From contig NC_068987.1 of NCBI RefSeq assembly GCF_001194135.2, forward strand, positions 681,757 through 731,687: a stretch of DNA of 49,931 nucleotides. The letters are read 5' to 3'. The stretch is from Octopus bimaculoides (taxonomy: Eukaryota). The notes beneath the pieces were generated by a model that ran no database searches, was not told the DNA's origin, and worked only from the letters and a program-made list of their open reading frames with translations. Positions 27,074 through 42,365 of this stretch are shown here, one piece after another; within the stretch, counting starts at the first letter, position 1, and the number at the start of each line of letters is the position of its first letter. The translations under genes and the position numbers were made by a program.

Positions 27074-29094
27074 AAAATATATATACGCAGATATATACTC
27101 ATATTGATACATATGTGTATGTATACACACACAGGCATATATATATATAAACATCAGACACTAAAAGTGTTTACTTTTAACGTTGACCTACATATGAGAG
27201 CCCTTCAGATTGTTTCTATAGAAATATCTGTAATGACTAACACTTTAATTGACATCCCTTCATCCTAACTGAGAGAAATTGTCTCACCAACACTGCTAAT
27301 AATCAAAATTATTTTTTGTTTATTTTCCCCTAATTATAAATTAATCAATGAGCTGTGAGTTCCTACACAGCGCCAGCCCCCAACAGAAAACAACGTTCAA
27401 CGCTGTGCTCCCTCTCATTTGGACTCCATTTTTTTCCGTTATGTGGATTCTTTTAGTTTGTTTCCCTTTTCTCTCTTCTTACTATCTCATGAAACACCTA
27501 GAAATATGAAGAATTTCTCACAATCTGCCAATGTTGTCAGAGCACGATAAGTGAGAAGCAGATGGTTATTTTATTGCACTCGATGTTTAGAGAACTGTTT
27601 AGTTGTTCTGCATAAAAGTGTTGAATTCTTAACCTGGCTTGAGATTTCACTTGTTCTGAAAGACAAGCAAACTATAACACCACTGAAAGCTGGTTGAAAA
27701 CCCAAGACACAAAATGTCAGACTAACGTTCAAGACTGAACAAAATTCTAGAAATAAAACAATCGCGTAAATAATGTAGCCATATTAATATAACCAGCAGA
27801 TTTATGAAAAATTAGTTGTGTTAAAACTATTGAAGGTGAATACCTGTAGGAAAGACAGGAGCTGGGAGAAAATTCCTCAGGGATGATGTTTGGAGGAAGA
27901 AGGGTTGAAATTAGTGGTTAGTGAGGGGAAACAGAAATGGACAAGTGGTGGTTCGGTGGGAATGGGTGAGGGGTGCCTAAATGGTGGATGTGTAAGACTA
28001 GGTTATTCTGTGAAAGGAGGGCCATAATAGTAGCGATAAGAAAACAGAGAGGAGAAAGCACAGGTGTGGGTTTAGGGGGCTGGACTATTCAGTCTGCAAG
28101 TCTTTATCGCGATGCGATCCAGTGTGGTTTGTGTGCGTTGAAACAGTTTAACATATATGTCTATATTCTTGTGTCATCTCTGTGGCTTGTTGATTAAACC
28201 AGAATCCATTGTCTACATCCAGTCAAACATGACTTCTCGCTTCAGACAATGAAATTTATCTGAGACAAACACGCACCTCTTTCAAGCAGACCCAAACTCT
28301 TGGAATGTTTTTCAATCGTCTACCGACAGTAGTCTTCGTGTTAGTGGAGCGACAGTATATCTCATCGTAATATATCTATGATGGGTGTGTAAATTATGAA
28401 CGTATCTAAAATATCGTTAATAAGATCCTACACGATATTGCAAGCTAGAATACGTATATGGCATGGTAAATTAAGCTTTAAATTTGGATGTTTCTTTTTT
28501 TCAACAAATTCTCGCCACCAGCCAGCTTCTGTTTCTTTATCTGATTAACGTCATTGAGGTTTATAACTTTTGTAGTTATTTATATTCATGTAAGTTAGAT
28601 AATCATCTAATCACGATGTAGTTGTGGTGGTGGTGGTGGTGGTGGCCAGTGTATAAATTTGTTTGGGTGTCAGGTTGGTATGAAGATTGAAAATATGCGT
28701 GGCTCATATAATTAACTATATTTTCTTCATCTTGCGCTGTATTTCCTGGAATTGTATTTATATATAAAAGCAACAATATAAACGCAAAGAAAACAGACAA
28801 AATATATAACATCTAAATGGCGTTCCTTTCTTCCACCATTACTGGTTGTCGAGAACCAAAGGGGAGACAATCAATGTCACTTCCGTCGCTGAAATATTTT
28901 ATTTTTCTGTCACTAAATGAGAACAAACAAGAAAACAGGACTAAACTAGAAATGTTATAAGAAATGCTATCGGTAGAGTCATTATAGCCATTCAAAAGAC
29001 ACACGCACTGTTATATGCAAATTTGTTTTATTCTGTAATAATATCATATATACGTATTTCGTCGTACATCTGCGTTTTGATATGGGTACATGTG

Positions 29095-30980
<1,886 letters not shown>

Positions 30981-31129
30981 GTGCTGAATCTGTATGTATG
31001 GACAGGAGACTATGTCCGCCGTTGTCCTTTAGTGTCTGTTTGTCGCTCTTCTATTGGCTTGTTCAGAATTCGTCGTTTCTTTGAGACTGCAGTTCACAGG
31101 AGTTTGTGGTTGCGGTACCAGTGCTAGTG

Positions 31130-31196
31130 GTGGCTGACGTGGTTGCTGTTGTGGTTATGGTAGTGGTGGTGGTGTAGATGGCAGCGATGATTGCGA

Positions 31197-31227
<31 letters not shown>

Positions 31228-31605
31228 GGTGGTGGTGGTAATGGTAGTGTGTTGCGATGATGGTGGCGACGGCGAGCTTGGTTATAGAATGTGGTGGTGA
31301 AGGAAGTAGCTGCCTTTGTGGAAATGTTGACGATGATGGTGGTGGTGGTGGTGTTGGTGGTGGTGGTTGTGGCGAATGCGTTATTACTGTTGGTGATGGT
31401 GGCGGTGGTGGAGATGATCTTCCATGTTTCTATGACGTCAATGAATTTAACGATATAGTTTCATGGCAGCCATAAACTTGGGAAGTCAACAACAACAACA
31501 GCAACAACAACAATGACAATGAGAGTAACAGCGGCAGTTGTGAAGTGTCTTTAACATCAGCAGTAATTCGCATTAACAACAACAACAACAACAACAACAA
31601 CAAGA
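31130..31605. repeat. (GTT)n/(GGT)n and (AAC)n trinucleotide low-complexity region
   Basis: Direct reading. Confidence 0.85.
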
Positions 31606-31761
31606 ATAATGAGAGGCAGAGCTGAAAGAAGGACAAGAACGAAAGAAAGATGTTATTAACAACACCCCTCCACCTCACCACTTTGGGGGTAAACAGGGTG
31701 TTTACATTGCTTCAAGATCTAGGGCACGAGTAGAGTTGAATGAAGTGTTCCCTGAATATGC

Positions 31762-31835
31762 GACTGGTACTTATTGCAGTAGTGACCCTGTTTGGATACG
31801 GAATAAAATCACCTTCGGCACGGTTCGAACTCACA
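31762..31835 (-). mobile_element. SINE family A fragment, strongly decayed
   Basis: ACTGGTACTTATT...GACCC...ACCTTCGGCACGGTTCGAACTCA. Confidence 0.45.
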
Positions 31836-32426
31836 AGCACCTTTAACTTTCTTACCTTTGAAAGAGAAAAAAATTCATAAACAAAAGCCGTTGTTACGAA
31901 TTGAACCACGCATATTCTGCTTTCCAGATAAACGTGATGAATGTAAAAGCAATGATTTAAAATGACGTGATTAATATCGTGGTTTTTAAAAAAAGGAAAT
32001 TACGGAAAGGTTTGTGTTGATGGACAACGGTTTCTCTTGGGAGTTAGAGAGGGGTAAGACATGGTACGACCACAAACCTCAGAGATTGATCTTCGGAGAC
32101 TTACAAAGTCCTGTGGGATTTCTCAATCCAAACACATTAGGTGTTTGAGCACAACAAACCGGGCCTAATGGTGTTGGGCATGGTGAACACCTGTGGTCTA
32201 TAATCGATGTGGCGTGGTCTTTCTCTCACGAATAATTAAGAAGGTAGACGAAAAAAATAGACATATACTTTAGGGGTCGATAAAATAAGTACCATTTAAA
32301 CATCAGGGTGGATGGAATGTTCCTAAAACGGATGCGTATAACAATGTTTGTAGATGTCGCTTCAAACATTACTGCTGCTCGTTTATTACTACTATTATCA
32401 TTATTTTGCTGCTGCTGCTGCCGCCG

Positions 32427-32457
<31 letters not shown>

Positions 32458-32722
32458 AACTACTAACAACAACAACAAATTAACTGACAAGGGAGGTAAC
32501 GTAATGTCAATATCTGATGAAGCGAGGAACGATTATACTTTCACTAATAATTAAATAATAATAATAAAAAAAAGGTGTCATAATGAATGATCGATTCATA
32601 ATTGCATTCATAAGTGTAAAGATTGTTTGTTTGTTATTTATATTTTGTAAACAACATTTAACACATAAAACCCTTGTGGCGGTGATCGTGAATGTATAAA
32701 CTCCATATCAGCTTTATTAAAA

Positions 32723-33100
32723 CCTATATTTCCTTATTACTTTACAACATGAGGGCGAACACATTTCTGATTTGTCAATATGTTTGCATCACAACTATGA
32801 GATTTTGGTTTCGATCTCACAGTGTGTCATTTAGGCGAGTGTTTGGTACCATAGCCTCGGGTTGAGGTTAATTTTTGGAATTGTCTTTTATATAATTATC
32901 TGTGAATACGGGTGAGTCGACAACGTTCATTTAAATAATACGGTACCAATCCTTCTGATAAAATGTGGGCAATAAAATTCGTCAACCCGAGGCTATGGTA
33001 TCAAACACTCGCCTAAATGCCGCACTGTGAGTTGCGATGCAAATATATTGACCAACCGGAAATGTGTTCGCCCTCATGTAAAGTAATAATGAAATATAGG
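32723..33100. repeat. Inverted repeat (arms 32723-32865 and 32982-33100, 116-bp spacer), partly SINE-derived
   Basis: The reverse complement of the right arm matches the left arm throughout, except for scattered substitutions, a 3-nt indel and a ~21-nt segment present only in the left arm. Confidence 0.9.
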
Positions 33101-33195
33101 ATAGAAATAAAGGGACAGATACTAACGACAAAGGTAAATAAACGTCATGCTCCAGCATGGTCGCTGTTCAGTTTTTAAATACACTTCCCACATAC

Positions 33196-33425
33196 ATACA
33201 GATGAAATTATCAAAGGCAATAAAAAAATCAAGATGACGTCGCAAGCTTACAGTGTGACCTGAATGCAATATAAAAGTGGACTGAAGTAAACAATATGCA
33301 GTTTAATGCTGGAAAATTCCAAGCTCTGCACTATCAAATCACGAATGCAATGCAGCTTGCGTATATAGGAGCTGAAGGCACTGCAGTCCCAGAATCACGG
33401 GCAGTGAAAGACTTGGCGATTAATA
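33196..33425 (+). pseudogene. CR1/L2-group non-LTR reverse transcriptase fragment (YADD region and downstream)
   Basis: A degenerate Y-(A)-D-(D) is followed by QDDVASLQCDLNAI*KWTEVNNMQFNAGKFQALHY...AVKDLAI. This matches the LQxDLxxLxxWxxxNxMxFNxxKC...VKDLGV pattern of CR1-group RTs. Confidence 0.85.
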
Positions 33426-33730
33426 TCCTGAAATAGTAAAGCACCAAGGTCGGGTCAGTGGAATCGCTTTCTGTACAAACAATATTTGAGGAACAAATAC
33501 ACACTTACTAAAGTAAACACGGGCTTATATTCCTGTCGTACGGAGTCTCAAGGCTGCACATGGATGCAAACCCTGCACCAACTGTACCGCACCCAATAGG
33601 CACCAGATCCACGGGAATTGCAGGTTCCAATTAAGGTGAATAATAAACAAATAACTACAAATGGATCGTGGTTACTACAACTGTTTCATATGCGCACACA
33701 CAAACACACATATATATACATATATATGTT

Positions 33731-33805
<75 letters not shown>

Positions 33806-33829
33806 TGACTCTTGTTTTGGTGAAACTGA

Positions 33830-33895
33830 GACAAAGTTAAGTACCTTTGCTCAATGTGCCGCGTAACGGGATTGAAACCAGAAACAGTGCTTCGC
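33830..33895 (-). mobile_element. Possible tRNA-SINE head fragment
   Basis: GTTAAGTACCTTTGCTCAA...CGGGATTGAAACC; the reverse complement contains a B-box-like GGTTTCAATCCC. Confidence 0.35.
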
Positions 33896-34157
33896 AACAC
33901 AGTCATGTATGTGTATCCTTTGTTTAAATCCAAAGGAAACAAAATATTGAAGAGAAGAGCGTGTTTTGTTAGTTTGATGTAAAGTTAAATTAAAATGTTT
34001 TGAATTGATGTCAATAATTCATTAGCGAGTGTATATGCAGTTTATTTTTTATTGCTATCTTTGACATATTCCATGGCTAAACGTATGTAAAAGAAATATA
34101 CTAAATACATGCATGCAAATATCAATAAGGATTTTTAGTTACGACACGTAATATTGA

Positions 34158-34193
<36 letters not shown>

Positions 34194-34226
34194 CACATCT
34201 ATACATATACATTTACACACACACAC

Positions 34227-34266
<40 letters not shown>

Positions 34267-34584
34267 ACACACAGAGTCAGTGTTTGTCAAAAGAATATTG
34301 ACCAGCGTAACCATAACAACGTAAATTCTGGTCAGGCAATAAGGATCATTTGACGAATCGAATCGATTCCAAGAAACTTGTTGCTTTTATATTCTACATA
34401 TTGAATATTCATTGTTGTTGTTGTTGTTGTTATTGTTATTTTAGTTATTGTTGCTGTGGTTATTGATGCATTTTGTTTGTTGGTTTTGTACATCTTGTTT
34501 TTGATGAAGTTATTAATATTTGTTGATAATGAAGATGTCCTTAATGATGATTTTCTAATTCGGCGCATGTTGTTGTCGATACTG

Positions 34585-34598
34585 TTATTATTATTATA

Positions 34599-34639
<41 letters not shown>

Positions 34640-34862
34640 TCTTTATCACAGGTTCTGTTGGAACTCTTAAAGTCCTGCATGCGTAGCGGGCTTGCTACCT
34701 GCAGCCTACGCTACCATGCTATCCGTTCTCTTCAGCTGACTAATACTTTCCTGATTATTCTGGTTCTTCTGGGGACTCGATTCCAATTTCCTCGATATTC
34801 CTCTTGATGCCTTCTGATACTGTTCTCAAGGATCCAACAATGATTGGCACTATCTTCACCAT
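34585..34862 (-). mobile_element. 5'-truncated R4/Dong-like (RLE-type) non-LTR retrotransposon 3' end with (TAA)n tail
   Basis: Minus strand reads VKIVPIIVGSLRTVSEGIKRNIEEIGIE...RIIRKVL, matching the VxPxxxGaLG...GTARILRxVL C-terminus of R4-clade RLE ORFs. A ~100-nt UTR follows, then a (TAA)n run. Confidence 0.75.
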
Positions 34863-34887
34863 CTTAATTTTTCATAGCCGGGTTGCA

Positions 34888-35014
<127 letters not shown>

Positions 35015-35114
35015 TCCACTGGATCTGTTAGACAAACTGACGGCACCCAGGTCGGAAGAGGATGGCAAATGCATTTGCCACAATGACCTAGCTTTGTCTA
35101 ACAGACCCATTGAA

Positions 35115-35150
<36 letters not shown>

Positions 35151-36949
35151 AACGGAATTTAGTGACGCAAGTTCGAAACGAGCACAAGATTTCAAACTCG
35201 ACTTCCCGGTTCCATCCTCCAATATTTTGGTATTCTCACCGCCCCAAGTAGCGTTGTCACTCTGACAATGCAAGTCACACAATATACTTAGTCAAATCAG
35301 TGAGAACAAGGAATTAACTATGGCTTTTGTAGAGTCATAAACAAAACTGATTGCAAAAGTTGTCCGAGAGCAACAACACATAGAAATGTGTTTGGCATTG
35401 GTTTTAGATAGCGAACCTCGTGCAGGAAATACTTAACAAAGATAGCTTTATTGAGATAAAACTGAAAAGAATATCTCGTAACAATGGTGTCACAGCAGTT
35501 GTGTCTACGATCAATGCACTTCTACCATATTACGATATGTTTACAAAGCATTCTAATATCTAATATCAATAGTCGTGAATGTCTGTTTGTCGAGTGTGTG
35601 TGTATGCGATGGTGGTGTGGTCGGGTGGGACGCCAGGATACAAGTGCTTGGAACTCCATCTGAAATGTATTAAACGCATTAGAATATGTATGTGACTGAG
35701 GATATATATAGATGTAGATATACATATAAATACATACACACACACGAATGTGTGTGTATGTATGAAAATCATGCATATAGTTAAATGCACTGATCATGTG
35801 TACAGAGTGAAATAAACAAAAGCACTTTCTCTTTTCTCACCTGCGTGCATGCGCATATACAGACACACTTACGCACACGCGCCTGCACACACACACATGC
35901 ATATACACAGATAAATGGTAAATAAAGGTATGTGTGTCATATATACAGCGCATCTTAATTTGTTTCTTCTGGTCATACACTCTCTGAGAAAGATTTACAG
36001 CTAATAAAGTTAGACCTACGATTAAAGTCAGAGTAAGTGAAATGAATTGAAAGAGTGATTGTTGAATGTTCTACGTAAAAAAAGTGAATGTATTTAACTA
36101 AAGGAGTTCGAACGAGTCATCATGATGTTTCGATAACTTTTTGTTTCTTCAGTCGGTGTGGAAAACCTCAGGTCCTTGTACCGTCACATTAATAGTATTG
36201 CTGACACAAGAGTGTAATATAACATGACCTAAGGCAAGCAAACAAAGTTAAGAAGACTTCGTATAAAACCGAAAATAGTAAGTTAGTGAAATTTATAACC
36301 AGAGTACCATACTTTTTATTATCCATGAGCTTTTCCACAAGCATACGCACATGCGAGCACTCACGCATACATGTCTGTAGTAATAAAGATGAAGCGAGTA
36401 AATAAAATGGGTTCTACTACATGTGTTTCCGTAACAAAACTTTATTTTTAACGCATTGTGTTACAGTGCTTACCATAAGTGTTTACATCACATGACCACA
36501 CCGTCAGGTGATCCTCCATTGAAGGTTTATTAGGCGATAATAAGAAATTATGATAGCACGTACACACACACACTCACACACACTCACACACACACACACA
36601 CGGATGTGTATGCATGAATCACTACATAAACATTGTTGCCAGCGAAAGGATCCTCTCTCTTTGGACAGCGTCACCTCCAACATCCAGTCCTATCACGCAA
36701 GACTCATGTTGCTGCTAAATTGATAACATCATGTGATCTTCGTTGACCAATGACGGCCCTCTACCTAGAAGTCATCTTGAACTTCTCTTCATTCAGTACT
36801 ACCTCCTTAACGAGTTAGGTTTGTTTGATGAACTGGCGAAACTTTAAGCTGCATGGATCCAAATCAAACATATTAAATGTGTCATTCCTACCAAATGTGT
36901 TGAGTGCCATTTTCTTTCGTTTGTTCACTTATTCCTCATTCATTCTATC

Positions 36950-37560
36950 ATTCTCTCACTCACTCACTCACTCACTCACTCACTCACTCACTCACTCACT
37001 CATTCGCCCAATAGTTTAATCACTCACTCATTAATTGATTTGTACAGTCGGTTATTCAATCACTCAGTTAACATTCATACACTCTCTCATTCATTCGTCC
37101 AGTCACTCAATCACCCGCTTCTTCACTCAGTTAAAAAGAACAACTTTTTTACAAACTCACTCACTCACTTATTTATTCATTCATTCATTCATTCATTCCT
37201 TCATTCACCCATTCTTTCACTCACACAATGACTGACTCGCACAGTCAATTACTCTCTCACTCTCTCTATCAATCTATCACTCAATCAGTACTTATCATTC
37301 ATCCGTTTACTCAATCACGCATTCAATCCCTCACCCATTCACCCATTCAACCGCTGACTAAATTTCTCACTCAATCACACGCACAGTCACTCATTCATTT
37401 AGCCAATCACTCACTTATCCATCAATTAATCCCCATATCACACACTCACTCGTTCACTCAATCATTCTCTCATTCATTTACTGAATCAGTTAATAAATCA
37501 TTCGATCACTCGATCACGAAATCATTCGCTCACCCAATAACTCATTCACCCTCCCCCCGG
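36950..37560. repeat. (TCAC)n/(TCAT)n tetranucleotide array decaying over ~600 bp
   Basis: Perfect CTCA run at 36950-37003 and ATTC run near 37175-37205, with degenerate TCAY units between and after. Confidence 0.85.
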
Positions 37561-37891
37561 ACTCACCATCGTTTCATAACCATGCAACCCCCTCCCTCCA
37601 CCCATTCTTGTATCATTTGCTATTTTCCTCCTTCTTCTCTTCTCTCTTTAAACAATCTTTCGCCAACTTTCTTTCCTCATCCACGCTTCTTCACTCTCAC
37701 TTCTCCTCATTACCCACTCTCTCTCTCTCTCTCTCTCTCTCACTCAAGTTCTCTCCTCTTTCTACACCTCATAGCTATTTAAGAAACACCGTCACCTCTT
37801 ATTCCGCCTCGTCCAGATCTGTTCCTCATTTTCCCTCTCATCGTCACCACAACCATTATCACCACCGTCATAGTCGTCGTCGTCGTCATCG

Positions 37892-37936
<45 letters not shown>

Positions 37937-38334
37937 CTTCTCTTTCTTCTGTCTCTCTTCAACCTTCTCTCTCTTCTCCGTATTTCCAGTCCGAAGAATC
38001 CGCTAGATCTTTCTAATTTGGTAACAAGAGACCTGTAAAGTCTTGAATCTATTAAAATATCCCATTTCTGGCACTGGTAACCAGAGAATATTCTTTAATT
38101 TGTCGAAATGCCAATGATTGCATTCAAAATGGAGGAAAAAGCTTTTTAGGAAGATATTTTATATTCAACAGGTATTTGTAGTTTTTTTTGGAAATATTTT
38201 ACATTTTATCAGAAATATGATGTATAGAATAAAGACATTTATAGCATGGTTAGTTACATGCATATGCATGGATGCATATGCATGTATGTATAATACATAT
38301 ACAGATACATACATACTAACATAGATATGTAATA

Positions 38335-38377
<43 letters not shown>

Positions 38378-38993
38378 ATATATACCCACACGTAATATGA
38401 TGTAAATTATTTAGGCAGTCATATATACGCATAAACACACACATACACACACACACACTTATCTGTACATACAAACTTATATACATACCTGATACATGCT
38501 ATATATTTCATCAAAAGTAAATTACTGCTGATGGACGCAATTAATAGAGCACGTGATAAGATAGCTTGTTGTCCTGGGCTCAAATGCGGATATAATTCCT
38601 TATTACCAGGTTGATGAATTATGTTCAGGGGTTTGTTGTTTCGGTTATACCCTGGAGACCAGCGCCGCAGTCGGGCAGCTAAAGAAAAACTGAACCCGCT
38701 TAGAAAAGGGTTGAAAATAATCTCTTCTGTCAGCTCGTAGCGTCGTCTGTCTAGTGTCTGTGACAAAAGAGGAGATAACTACTCCGAAATGCTAGCATCT
38801 CACAGTCTAGGCTGGTGGTGCTGCGAGCTGGTCTTGGTGTATACACACCATTTGTCAACAAGCGAAATATATTCTCCATGGCAAAACGCAGTGAGTAGCT
38901 TCTTCCCCAATTCGAACGTGTATCAAGCATATTCGTACTGATAATAACATTGCAGTCCTATCTATACCTCAGTCGCTGTTATGGATATATCTG

Positions 38994-39030
<37 letters not shown>

Positions 39031-39033
<3 letters not shown>

Positions 39034-39178
39034 GTACTTGTGGCTATGGCGAAAGAATGTGTATGGTGGATGCGTTTGAAAGGTCTAGAGACAAACACTT
39101 TCCTCTCTGTTGAATCTCTCATCAACTTCTTTAAGTATCACTTGAAGAGACTGGAACATGAAAGTCAAGGTGGAGCCC
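39031..39178 (+). pseudogene. L1/Tx1-like ORF2 extreme C-terminal scrap
   Basis: LVLVAMAKECVWWMRLKGLETNTFLSVESLINFFKYHLKR, then after a short insertion KVKVE. The AKxxVWxxR motif is characteristic of the segment following the L1/Tx1 zinc knuckle. Confidence 0.6.
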
Positions 39179-39350
39179 TAAATATAACAGTGGCACTCCG
39201 ACATCTCTTTCCACGAACAGTACACACACACACACATACACACACACACTTACACACACATACACACACATTCGTGCCTACGTAGTGCATATATGCGTAC
39301 GTAGGTACATACGTACTTGCATACACACACAGAAATATATACGCACGCGC

Positions 39351-39403
<53 letters not shown>

Positions 39404-40019
39404 TAAATAAGCAGTCGTAGTTGGTTAGATGAAGTATAACAAGAGAAGGGATGCTCAAAGACGAGTAATAAAGTAAATATGTATATTCGGTTTCACAGCC
39501 ATTTTACCATTTTTGCTTCTGCGAAAATATGAGGAATGTGAAAGACATTAGGTGAATTGGATATATTTAGAAATCAGACACAGGGGAAGGATAGCTCCGG
39601 TGGCATTTGTTGGATCACCGAAACTGAGGGAAGAAGACAGAAGACATAATTCCAGTTCTTCCAAGTGAGTTCGTTTTATCGAGAACACCAAAGACCAAGG
39701 AGGGGTGAAATATAAGACAACAAAATTAGTCTATCACCGACAAAGAAATTTTGACAGAATCGGAGGCAAAGGTAGAAAACAAAAAAAGACTTATTGAAGG
39801 TGCTGCGGACACCAAATCTCGCGCTCGCGATGCGAACTTGAAATTCTCTCATAAATGTGTCTAAGTTGCACATATCAACTCCATCTTTATTAAACTCTCG
39901 AAAACAATATGGTACAATATGGATGTATGAATACATATGTGTGTGATATTGTATATGTATATAAGAATGGGGGTCTTTGTGCATATGTGTGTGCATGTAT
40001 GTGTGCATGTATACATACA

Positions 40020-40035
40020 GGAAGAGAGAGAAAGT

Positions 40036-40123
<88 letters not shown>
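40020..40123. repeat. (GA)n microsatellite
   Basis: Direct reading. Confidence 0.97.
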
Positions 40124-40126
<3 letters not shown>

Positions 40127-40369
40127 CGCTGCTATTCCGTTAGTCATACCGTCAAACATTCAATGCTTCTTCTATAATCTGTCTTGGAGAAATTTCCTTA
40201 TTTAAAAAACAAAAAGAAAAAAAAAATTAAGAGATATAATATTGAAGAGAGTGAAGTAAGCTAGAATAGAATGCGGAGTGTGGAATAGAATTTACCGAAA
40301 TAAGTTTGAATAATTGAGAAAGAAAATACGAAAGAAAAAGAAAAGAAAAAAAGACAAGATATTGTAGAA

Positions 40370-40598
40370 GTATGTTTGTGTGGATATGTGCATGTTTGTG
40401 TGTGTCTGTGTGCGCGTGTGTGTGTGTGTGTGTGTGTCTATTTAAATATGAGACTCTTATGTATGCAGGTGCGACGAATGTATGCTGTGTTTGTATACAT
40501 ACATATATTATATACATATATACATACATACATACAAGTACATGCTCATACATATATACACACATGTACATACATAAATATATATATATAATAATACA

Positions 40599-40669
<71 letters not shown>

Positions 40670-41287
40670 GTATATATATATACACACATGTATATAAATA
40701 TATATATATATATATGTAATATATATATATACGTATACATGCATGTGTGTGTGTATGGATATGTATGTTAACTTACATGTGTACATAGGTACATACATAT
40801 GCATGAACGTATAAGTGCGATAAAATTTTTGTTCTTTGTGTCGAGGTTTTATATGTATATAATTAAATGTTAATACATAGATACACCTCGGAACGAGTAT
40901 ATAAAAAACAAATTTATACAACTCTATATAATATCTAATTATTCNNNNNNNNNNNNNNNNNNNNNNNNNNNNNNNNNNNNNNNNNNNNNNNNNNNNNNNN
41001 NNNNNNNNNNNNNNNNNNNNNNNNNNNNNNNNNNNNNNNNNNNNNNNNNNNNNNNNNNNNNNNNNNNNNNNNNNNNNNNNNNNNNNNNNNNNNNNNNNNN
41101 NNNNNNNNNNNNNNNNNNNNNNNNNNNNNNNNATACTTAAGCATATATCTACACCGACATAAATATATGCACAACTCACGTGATCCCAAATGTCTATATA
41201 TACAGAAGCGTATACACATGTGTGTGTGTGTGAGAGTGTGCGCATAAATGTATGCATGTATGTGGTATGACTATATATGTGTGTGTG

Positions 41288-41319
<32 letters not shown>

Positions 41320-41730
41320 TACACATGTATATACAAATATGAATTATATATGTATATATGTTGGTGTAGACATAATGTAAAAGAATTTGGAGAGATCGTA
41401 AAATATTCACTATATAAACACGCACGCACATATTTATATTCAAATACATACATACACAAACGCACATATATATGAATATATACACACGTGCACAGGCATA
41501 TATAGACATACACACAAGCTGTACTCTTAAGTACATATGTGTGTCTGCGTGTCCGTGCGTGAATATTTGCGCTCGTATGTTATATAACTATGAAAAGAAT
41601 ATGTATATATATATATATATATATATACACAAAAGGAATAATACACACATACATAAATACATGCATGCATGCATACATACATGCATTAATACACACACAG
41701 ACACACATATATTTGTACATATGTGTATAT
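40370..41730. repeat. Extended degenerate TA/CA/TG low-complexity region with one N-gap
   Basis: Direct reading. Confidence 0.88.
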
Positions 41731-42229
41731 ATTGTCAGTGAAGATGGAGTTTCTGTCTGAAGTAGGTGTTGTTTATTTATCTACCAAAGCAATCACCATC
41801 ATCATCATCATCATCATTACAACGGCAACAACAACAACAACTACATCGCAACAACAACCATAGTCATTCAGAAAAATGAACCAATCGAATATAGAATTGT
41901 GTCGGAATTTCAGCAAGATGGAAGCCAGCAACTTATAAATCTCCTTAAATGAAGCGAAAATAACTGGCTTGTCGACGTCGCTTCACTGAGAGAACAGCAA
42001 CTTAATTATGCTGTTGTTCCTGATAGCAATTCGGTAAATATTGCTGCGATAGATTCTCTTTTAAGAGATTACCTTTTTCTTGATTGTTGCTTTCAATGAC
42101 GGGTCACACGTTCTGTGTTATCTACCCCTGACTCTCTTTATCTTGTAGTCTACGAATATTTCTCTCTTTCTATCCATCTCTCTCAGCAAATACACACACA
42201 TATATAAACCACATTGGACGTATAAGTCT

Positions 42230-42282
42230 ATCTATCTATCATCCATCTGTCTGTCTGCCTTTCTGTCTACCTGCCTGCCTGC

Positions 42283-42344
<62 letters not shown>

Positions 42345-42365
42345 GTATATACACACACACATATA
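42230..42365. repeat. Compound (TCTA)n/(TGCC)n/(CA)n microsatellite
   Basis: Direct reading. Confidence 0.92.
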
